The notes below the pieces were generated by a model. That model did no database searches. It was not told the origin of the DNA and saw only the letters and a list, made by a program, of their open reading frames with translations. A DNA stretch of 60,377 nucleotides from an uncultured Pseudomonadales bacterium (GTDB lineage Bacteria; Patescibacteriota; Microgenomatia; UBA1400; PJMF01). This document shows positions 53,938-60,377 of the stretch, one piece after another. The translations under genes were made by a program, and so were the position numbers. How positions within the stretch are numbered: position 1 is the stretch's first letter; each line of letters starts with the position of its first letter. The stretch is taken from positions 1-60,377 of the forward strand of contig CAZMXT010000005.1 of NCBI GenBank assembly GCA_964570365.1, read 5' to 3'.

Positions 53938-54354
53938 TCAAAGATCCTTGTAGTAATTTTTAACATAGGTCATTTCTTGAAATCCTAGTTTTTCATAAAA
54001 AGGAACTACTTCTGTGTTGGAGATATGAATTTGGGCTGAAAGTTTTTTAATTCCTCTCTTGCGCAGGGCTGTTTCTAACTCATTAACTAGAAAGCTTCCC
54101 TGGCCTTGTTTTTGCAAAGTCGGATGAATAACTAACCGATGAATAGACGCTGTTCTTCCATCAAACCCTCCTAGGATGCTGCCAATAATTTCCTTTTTAT
54201 CATTGATAAGTGCGAAACAGAGGTCTGGATTTAAATTGAGCATTGAGTCAAATCTTTTGCGCTCATCACCACTAGGATAGAGCTGAAGTCCTGCCTCTAC
54301 CCACAGCTGATATAGATCATCAAAATCTGTTTCAGTAATTTGTCTGATTTTCAT
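53938..54354 (-). CDS. GNAT family N-acetyltransferase
   Basis: 138 aa with the acetyl-CoA binding motif RLVIHPTLQKQGQGSFLV. Confidence 0.8.
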   Translation of the reverse strand: MKIRQITETDFDDLYQLWVEAGLQLYPSGDERKRFDSMLNLNPDLCFALINDKKEIIGSILGGFDGRTASIHRLVIHPTLQKQGQGSFLVNELETALRKRGIKKLSAQIHISNTEVVPFYEKLGFQEMTYVKNYYKDL

Positions 54355-54645
54355 CTCAAAGTCCTTTCTTCTAAGAATCGGAACGATGGTTCCAATTTTC
54401 TAATTATAGACTGATTGAAAAAACTAATCACTTCTTCAGCAGCTTCTGGTAGAAAAGGCAAGCGGTGGCAACTAATTAGTTTGATTCTTCTCGTATACCT
54501 AGCTAGTAATCCCATTTACTCACCCTTTGACAAATATCTAAAATCTGGTAATATAACTACTCTTCATGGAAACAAGTCCTGTCATAGGGAAACTGTTTTT
54601 CCACTTAGCCGCAAACATCTGTTTGCATCGCAGTGAATCTAGATT

Positions 54646-54674
54646 AATCAAAACCAACTCGGTTTTGATTTTTT
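54646..54674 (+). terminator. rho-independent terminator
   Basis: Perfect 10-bp stem AATCAAAACC / GGTTTTGATT, a 5-nt loop AACTC, and a T-run through 54674. Confidence 0.55.
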
Positions 54675-54860
54675 CGTGCCTTGAGGGCCCTTTAACAAGT
54701 AAATATATTTTTTGAACATCTGAAATAAACATGGCGGTAGCGATCGACAATTACGGATCGGCTATCGCCATTAAGATCAATCAAGATGGTAATAGTACAA
54801 TCCGTTTAATTTCTTTTTCAATTTTTTTTATAGTAAATTGAGCTATTTCAAACTTTTTTT

Positions 54861-54896
<36 letters not shown>

Positions 54897-55849
54897 TGTG
54901 CCTTAAGCATGCAAGTCGAGCGGGACCAGCAATGGTTCAGCGGCAGACGGGTGAGTAACGCGTAGGAATCTACTTCGAAGTGGGGAATAGCTCGCCGAAA
55001 GGCGAGGTAATACCGCATGTGATCGCAAGATCAAAGCCGCAAGGCGCTTCGAAAGGAGCCTGCGTCCTATCAGCTTGTTGGTGGGGTAATGGCCTACCAA
55101 GGCGATGACGGGTAGCCGGTGTGAGAGCATGACCGGCCACAAGGTTACTGAGATACGGAACCTACACCTACGGGTGGCAGCAACTGGGAATCTTGCGCAA
55201 TGGGCGAAAGCCTGACGCAGCGACACCGCGTGCGGGATGAAGCTCTTAGGAGTGTAAACCGCTGTGGCGAGGGATGAATTTTTGACCGTACCTCGCTAGA
55301 AAGCACCTGCTAACCACGTGCCAGAAGCCTCGGTAATACGTGGGGTGCAAGCGTTATCCGGATTTACTGGGCGTAAAGCGTCCGTCGGCGTTTTGATAAG
55401 TCTTCTGTCTAAGCCTAGGGCCTAACTCTAGATCGGCAGCAGAAACTATCAGAATTGAGTCTGTTTGGGGAAGCTGGAATTCTCGGTGGAGGGGTGAAAT
55501 CCGTAGATATCGAGAGGAACGCCAAGCGCGAAGGCAGGGTTCTAGGACACGACTGACGCTCAGGGACGAAAGCTCGGGGAGCAAAAGGGATTAGAGACCC
55601 CTGTAGTCCGAGCCGTAAATATTGAATGCTAGTTGCCTCGATTCGTTGGGGTGACGTAAGTTAACACGTTAAGCATTCCGCCTGGGGAGTACGACCGCAA
55701 GGTTAAAACTCAAAGGAATTGACGGGGGAGCGCACAACCGGTGGAGCATGTTGTTTAATTCGATACGAAGCGAAAAACCTTACCCAGATTTGAAATGTGT
55801 CTGCACGTCCTATGAAAGTAGGATTTCTTCGAGAGTGACACACAGGTGA

Positions 55850-55880
<31 letters not shown>

Positions 55881-56285
55881 CGTCCGCTTAAGTGCGGTAA
55901 CGAGCGCAACCCTTATTCTGTGTTGTATTTCACAGAAGACTGCTCTTGCTTTGCAAGGGAGGAAGGAGAGGACGACGTCAAGTCAGCACGTCCCTTACAT
56001 CTGGGGCCACAAACATCCTACAATGGAGCCGACAACAGGTCGCGACGGGGTAACCCTGAGCCAATCCTCCAAACGGCTCCTCAGTTCAGATTGAGGGCTG
56101 CAATTCGCCCTCATGAAGTCGGAATCGGTAGTAATCGCAAATCAGCAGGTTGCGGTGAATACGTTCTCGCTCCTTGTACACACTGCCCGTCAAGCCAGCA
56201 AAGTTGGCAGCGCCCGAAGCGGCTGACTCCAACCCGTAAGGGAGGAGCGCTGCTACGGCGAGGTCAGCGATGAGGACTAAGTCGT

Positions 56286-56994
56286 ATACTTATACTAATT
56301 GTTGCGACTCTAGAGAGTAATTTCTAGAACAAATTTGGCTGTATCGGTGAACCCTACATCCTACTACGGTGGGACAAGGCAATACCGAGGGAAGTCGATC
56401 TAAGAGATTAGATTTGACCCCGTAGAGACTACACGCCAACGCCTTAAAATGACAAAACCATACCTTTTAGGTGCATTACATGATGCAACCCTACATAGAA
56501 TAACGTATAGGCTTTCACAAAAGTCTAAACTTTATGTAGAACTCGTTGCAAAATCAATACACTTATTAGGTGGAAATGCTTGGACTTATAGAGAAGGCAA
56601 AAATCGACAAGTCTACATAGTTGAATTTTCAAGTTCTTTTCTAAAAGGAATTCGGATTCTCAATCTAAAAGATAAGATTGATTATATTCGTGGGTATTTC
56701 GATACCGACGGAGGAATTGCCAAATCCACCCAAGTTCGTTATTACATTTACTTCTGTCAGAAAGATTATCAAGATCTTCTACAAGTTAAATCGTTTTTAA
56801 CCGAGCTTGGCATAAAAAGTGGGAAACTTCATAATCCAAGTCATACAGTAGACCCCCATTATTGGAGGTTCTACATCTCAGCACAATCATATTTTGATTT
56901 TGCTCTGAAAATTGGATCATCGCATCCAGAAAAAAAGTCATATTTAAGGATGAAGATATAGTCCATGCCTCTCGAAAGACGAGGAATTTACATG
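56286..56994 (+). mobile_element. intron (group I-like by boundary nucleotides) inserted in the 3' minor domain of 16S rRNA
   Basis: The conserved string AAGTCGTAACAAGGTA is split as AAGTCGT | intron | AACAAGGTA. The upstream exon ends in T(U) and the insert ends in G, as expected for group I splice sites. The insert carries a homing-endonuclease ORF. The boundary is ambiguous by 1 nt. Confidence 0.75.
56449..56961 (+). CDS. LAGLIDADG homing endonuclease (intron-encoded)
   Basis: Two dodecapeptide-like motifs, YLLGALHDATL and YIRGYFDTDGGI, about 80 aa apart. The ORF lies entirely within the 16S insertion. Confidence 0.85.
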   Translation: MTKPYLLGALHDATLHRITYRLSQKSKLYVELVAKSIHLLGGNAWTYREGKNRQVYIVEFSSSFLKGIRILNLKDKIDYIRGYFDTDGGIAKSTQVRYYIYFCQKDYQDLLQVKSFLTELGIKSGKLHNPSHTVDPHYWRFYISAQSYFDFALKIGSSHPEKKSYLRMKI

Positions 56995-57218
56995 AACAAG
57001 GTATCCCTACTGGAAGGTGGGGATGGATCACCTCCTTTCTAAGGAGATGGGTAGGAGTATCACGACCTCCTGTTTCCCGCGCCGAGCAATTGGCGCGAAA
57101 CAAATTTTTTCCAAAGTCCAGTGGCCATCATACCCTGGCCGACACTACCGCCATGTTTGCATCAGATTCAAAAAATCAAAGAGCCGCCAAGTAAAAATTA
57201 GCGGACGTCCGAAACACT

Positions 57219-57242
57219 GCCGCCCAGTTAGGGCGGTTTTTT
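57219..57242 (+). terminator. rho-independent terminator about 180 nt downstream of the 16S 3' end
   Basis: Stem CCGCCC / GGGCGG, loop AGTTA, T-run 57237-57242. Confidence 0.65.
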
Positions 57243-57347
57243 GTGGGATTTTCACGATTTACTATTTTTTTAATCAACTCTCTGCTGATCCAAGTTGATC
57301 CTGATTGTCCTATTTCCAAATAAAACACGAAGGTAGATACTCTGGGC

Positions 57348-57596
57348 ATGTACCAAACAATTCACGAAGCCATTGCTGTGATTGGGGTTTACGCGAACTC
57401 CAAGTTCAAGCCAATAAAGTTTCGGTGGCAGGGTCGGGAGTTTATCGTTCAGCAGACATGCTCCGTTCACGACTTTAAAGATGGCAGCGTCCGGAAACGG
57501 CGTTTTTCAGTGATAGCCAATCACAATACGTATTTACTGGAGTTCAATCGCGATCTAGAAAGCTGGTACGTAGAACAAGTCTGGTTAGAAGGATAA
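57348..57596 (+). CDS. small hypothetical protein upstream of dinB
   Basis: 82-aa ORF. GATACT lies 6 nt upstream of the ATG (the leaderless geometry). It contains KPIKFRWQGREFIVQQ. It ends 39 nt before the dinB start. Confidence 0.5.
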   Translation: MYQTIHEAIAVIGVYANSKFKPIKFRWQGREFIVQQTCSVHDFKDGSVRKRRFSVIANHNTYLLEFNRDLESWYVEQVWLEG

Positions 57597-57635
57597 CGCA
57601 GAGCGCAGGATGACTTACTACAAGGGCGACCAATT

Positions 57636-59018
57636 ATGATCAGCTTTTACACTCAGCAAAACTCCCCATCTCTTGTCGATGCCAATAAACATGAGCGCTC
57701 AACATATCCTCATCATCTCAGCGATGCGGGCAAACCTGAGAGTGCCGGTAACACACCAGCGAGCTCTTCTTCCGCCGCCCACCTCCAACCTTGGCTTGCA
57801 CTCGTGGATATGAACTCATACTTTGCGATCCTTGAGCAACAAGCCAATCCTGCATTACGAGGAAAACCAGTAGTAATTGTCAAAGACGTGGGTCGCAGTT
57901 GTGTGATTGCGGCTTCGCCAGAGGCAAAACAGCTTGGCATTAAAACGGGGGAGCGAATCTACGAGGCTCGGCAAAAAGCTCCCGATTTAATTCCAGTCCC
58001 CGCTGACTTTGATAAGTACCTTCATAACACCAAACAACTGAAAAAAATCTTTGAGCAACTCTCCCCAAATACCGATATTTTCTCTCTCGATGAAGCCTTT
58101 ATTGATTTAACCGCTTGCCGGAAGCTCTACAAAAATTCTGCAGATTTTTATGACATCACCCGCAAAGCTGTAAAACACGAGCTCGGAGATTGGGTCAGTT
58201 TTGCACTCGGCTTTGGTCAGAATCGTTTACAAGCCAAACTCGCCTCAGACCTGGCCGGCAGAGATAACTGGTTTGAGATTACTCCTGAGAATTTAGACAG
58301 TTGCTTAGCTGAAGCGAAAGTTGAAGATATCTGCGGGATTGGGTTTCGCCTCACTGCTCGGCTAAACGCCCTGGGCATTACTCACCCGTATCAAATTAAC
58401 TTCTACGACGACGCCTTCCTTCAAGAGTACTTTGGCATTTTTTGGGGACCAGAACTGCGGCGAATAGGGCGGGGAGAGAATAGTCACTTGCTTGATTTAA
58501 TAGACAAACCCGTCTCCCACATGAAAAGCGTCGGCCGTTCAAAAACATTCTACATCGCCAACTCCAACCCCATCTACCTGCGCCAAATGATTTGTAACCT
58601 CGCCGAAGACATGTGCTTTAAAGCCAGGCGGATGGAACTAGCTGGTCGGCACATTTACTTATCTCTGCGCGACACTGACGACAACTGGTTTGGCGATGAA
58701 GTTCGTTCAAAGTCATACTTTCGCCACACCACAGAAGTCTGTGAGATTCTCAATCGCATCTTTGACAGCTTCACACTCAAATCTGCACCAATCATCAAGA
58801 TCAGTGTCCGACTAGGTGATCTTAAGCCACTCAGCGAGATCTCCCTTTGCTGGCTACCTGAGTGGGAGAAACAAGAAAAAATCTTTCGCGCCATTGATAA
58901 AGTCAATGAAAAATATGGACTCTACACAGTCAAATCCGCTCAATTGCAAAACTTCAAAATTATCTTTCCAGAGGTGACGGGCTTCTTAGGTGATAAGACG
59001 TACCAACTGGCCTTTTAA
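57636..59018 (+). CDS. dinB: Y-family DNA polymerase IV
   Basis: LVDMNSYFAILEQ, GKPVVIV, FSLDEAFIDLT, and CGIGFRLTARLNALGI (the HhH of the thumb). It has an N-terminal extension of about 50 aa, so the true start could be internal. Confidence 0.9.
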   Translation: MISFYTQQNSPSLVDANKHERSTYPHHLSDAGKPESAGNTPASSSSAAHLQPWLALVDMNSYFAILEQQANPALRGKPVVIVKDVGRSCVIAASPEAKQLGIKTGERIYEARQKAPDLIPVPADFDKYLHNTKQLKKIFEQLSPNTDIFSLDEAFIDLTACRKLYKNSADFYDITRKAVKHELGDWVSFALGFGQNRLQAKLASDLAGRDNWFEITPENLDSCLAEAKVEDICGIGFRLTARLNALGITHPYQINFYDDAFLQEYFGIFWGPELRRIGRGENSHLLDLIDKPVSHMKSVGRSKTFYIANSNPIYLRQMICNLAEDMCFKARRMELAGRHIYLSLRDTDDNWFGDEVRSKSYFRHTTEVCEILNRIFDSFTLKSAPIIKISVRLGDLKPLSEISLCWLPEWEKQEKIFRAIDKVNEKYGLYTVKSAQLQNFKIIFPEVTGFLGDKTYQLAF

Positions 59019-59080
59019 TGTACTGTGTGATCGGGAAAGACAAAGTAGCAGAATTTTTCTCAAAATAGTAGAGTGCAGGT

Positions 59081-59302
59081 ATGCAATACACCATTTTTCA
59101 GAACACCCTTTCCTTTTTAAAGAGTTCCACTCCTTGTGACACCATTGAACGCTGGGAGAGATTCAAAGAATGTTTAAGACAGGATGCCAGAGAAGCAAGT
59201 GAGCAAACTTCAAAAGGTAAAGAAGAAATAAAACAGAAGAGAAAAATATTCATGAAAAGAATTGCACAACTAGATAAATCTTCTACAGTAGATGTAAGCT
59301 AA
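59081..59302 (+). CDS. hypothetical small charged protein
   Basis: ORF only. Lys/Glu-rich C-terminal half. No clear translation or transcription signals. Confidence 0.25.
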   Translation: MQYTIFQNTLSFLKSSTPCDTIERWERFKECLRQDAREASEQTSKGKEEIKQKRKIFMKRIAQLDKSSTVDVS

Positions 59303-59321
59303 GTGATGGATACTCTAATGA

Positions 59322-59507
59322 ATGAAGTTTCCTAAAGATGAGTTGCAATACCGTATAAGCCTCGAAATAACGGATGCGTTTACACCGATGGCAAATTCTG
59401 TTTCAGAGCGTGACACTAAGCTCCACGAGAGAATGAGTTTCCTTGAACTTCAAGTTGACAACCTGTTACGACAACTGGAGGGGCTAGAAGGCAGGCTCAA
59501 AAAATAA
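59322..59507 (+). CDS. hypothetical small coiled-coil protein
   Basis: 61-aa ORF. GATACT (59309-59314) lies 7 nt upstream of the ATG, matching the leaderless geometry. The C-terminus LELQVDNLLRQLEGLEGRLKK is heptad-like. Confidence 0.35.
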   Translation: MKFPKDELQYRISLEITDAFTPMANSVSERDTKLHERMSFLELQVDNLLRQLEGLEGRLKK

Positions 59508-59510
59508 CCC

Positions 59511-59792
59511 TTAAGGCAAACCTTCTATATCAATCATCAGATAAACTTCAATCAACTGAGTAGTCTCGGTTAGATTTTTGGAAGCTGTTCTTTCTATTCT
59601 TGGAACATGATAGTCACTTGAAATGAAGGTCAAATGAGCAGCTTGATTGTATCTAGTGTCACCATTAAGAGCTGCAAACTGAGTCTGGGTATTTCCGCTC
59701 TCCCCACAACTTACCAACTCAATTTTTTTGTGGAGGAAAACCGAGTTCCACAGTAAAGTTTTAAAATAAGGCAAGCTCACTTGGGCGGGCAT
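59511..59792 (-). CDS. hypothetical protein
   Basis: ORF only. No recognisable motifs or signals. Confidence 0.25.
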   Translation of the reverse strand: MPAQVSLPYFKTLLWNSVFLHKKIELVSCGESGNTQTQFAALNGDTRYNQAAHLTFISSDYHVPRIERTASKNLTETTQLIEVYLMIDIEGLP

Positions 59793-60060
59793 TTAATACT
59801 AAAGCGGGAGCGTGCAGTAATATCGTGGGTAGAAAGCTCAGAGATGTCTTTATGAGACTTCACTGCTGCAATTTTCACTCACGGTTCTTATACCAAGTTC
59901 AATCCTCACCCGATCTTCGGCGCTAACCTCCCCCTCTTGACTACTTCCAGCCACTCCTAAACTACTTTCAGCTATTGGCACTCAATTTACCAGACTGCTA
60001 ATTGCCACTCGACGGGTTGTCTTTTTTCGTTACAATTTACTGTACAGGTATACTACAGCC

Positions 60061-60288
60061 ATGTCAGCAGACGCATTTTCAGAGTACCCACCAATTCCGG
60101 TAGAGTTTTTGCTCGAACGAGGCTCGTGCTGCGGCTCCTGGTGCCAGAACTGTCCGTATGTAAACGAACACGGCGAACGGTTTGAGCCGGGGGAGGAGCA
60201 CTTCGACCAAAAGTGGCTGCAGTTCTTGAATGAGCATCCTCATGGCACTTGGGCAGAGTATCAGGCGCAGTTCCCGCCGACCGAGTAG
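60061..60288 (+). CDS. small Cys-rich protein (DUF5522-like CCGxxCxxCPY motif)
   Basis: RGSCCGSWCQNCPY motif. TATACT (60049-60054) lies 6 nt upstream of the ATG. By eye it is more GC-rich than its surroundings. Confidence 0.5.
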   Translation: MSADAFSEYPPIPVEFLLERGSCCGSWCQNCPYVNEHGERFEPGEEHFDQKWLQFLNEHPHGTWAEYQAQFPPTE

Positions 60289-60318
60289 CCACAATGTGTT
60301 AAAATATATCTTCTTTAC

Positions 60319-60377
60319 GGGTGTATAGCTCAGTTGGTTAGAGCGCTGTCCTGATAAGACAGAGGTCCTACGTTCGA
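60319..60377 (+). tRNA. tRNA-Ile (anticodon GAT), 3' end beyond the window
   Basis: Acceptor GGGTGTA, D-arm GCTCAGTTGGTTAGAGC, anticodon stem CTGTC/GACAG with loop CTGATAA, and the T-arm start CTACGTTCGA. The gene is truncated by the window edge. Confidence 0.9.

Noticed and set aside
54415-54636. 73-aa ORF starting with TTG between the GNAT gene and the 16S gene
   Set aside because: It has a TTG start with no Shine-Dalgarno sequence and no -10 at the leaderless spacing, a low-complexity sequence, and a promoter-like element inside it. I treat the region as a possible small transcription unit instead.
57041-57347. Possible 5S rRNA, spacer tRNA or start of 23S after the 16S gene
   Set aside because: No cloverleaf and no resemblance to conserved 5S or 23S 5' sequences. 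The region ends in a clean terminator. An Infernal scan would be needed to exclude other small RNAs.
60053-60294. Minus-strand ORFs 60053-60292 and 60079-60294
   Set aside because: They mirror the GC-richer + strand gene 60061-60288, which has a promoter at the canonical spacing and a recognisable Cys motif. The antisense frames are Arg/Ala/Pro-rich, as is typical of GC-driven shadow ORFs.

Overview
This 60.4-kb window is a gene-dense chromosomal segment. It looks like a small-genome, fermentative bacterium of the CPR/Patescibacteria type. That placement is an inference from four things: a 16S rRNA gene interrupted by a LAGLIDADG-encoding intron, mismatches at universal 16S primer sites, a 16S gene not followed by a 23S gene, and the gene content. 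The standard genetic code fits, because TGA, TAA and TAG all coincide with gene boundaries.

Gene content, left to right:
- A lytic-transglycosylase-like gene, tRNA-Leu(TAG), and a nuclease/metalloprotease pair.
- A sugar-phosphate and lower-glycolysis block: PMM/PGM, a nucleotidyltransferase, a Cof-type HAD phosphatase, PGI/PMI, a PMI-like cupin, an atypical PEP-utilizing protein, enolase and iPGM.
- ADP-forming acetyl-CoA synthetase next to a two-subunit 2-oxoacid:ferredoxin oxidoreductase.
- lexA, a Ser/Thr kinase operon, and a Fem-like GNAT / PIG-L / CofE-like group.
- uvrB, uvrA and uvrC spread over about 12 kb, interleaved with accessory genes (PQQ-type dehydrogenase, HNH nuclease, transglutaminase-like surface protein).
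- mnmA, a decayed fcl pseudogene next to an aberrant tRNA-like gene, and a sortase with a PKD-domain substrate.
- The 16S gene, dinB, and the 5' part of tRNA-Ile(GAT).

The most unusual locus is a tightly packed, translationally coupled cluster at about 40.1-49.8 kb. It encodes:
- a 7TM protein of the type usually fused to an inactive transglutaminase;
- an alpha-L-glutamate-ligase-like ATP-grasp fused to a retropepsin-like domain;
- a DUF1704/MATCAP-like HExxH carboxypeptidase;
- three cyanophycin-synthetase G-domain-like ATP-grasp paralogues without a Mur-ligase-like module;
- two tandem Fem/GNAT-like proteins;
- an M29 aminopeptidase.
I read this as an uncharacterised membrane-associated peptide or poly-amino-acid ligation-and-trimming system.

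A second window-wide signal is a -10-like hexamer placed 6-8 nt upstream of the ATG of most operon-first genes. This implies widespread leaderless transcription. All protein family calls come from motif recognition by eye; no searches were run.
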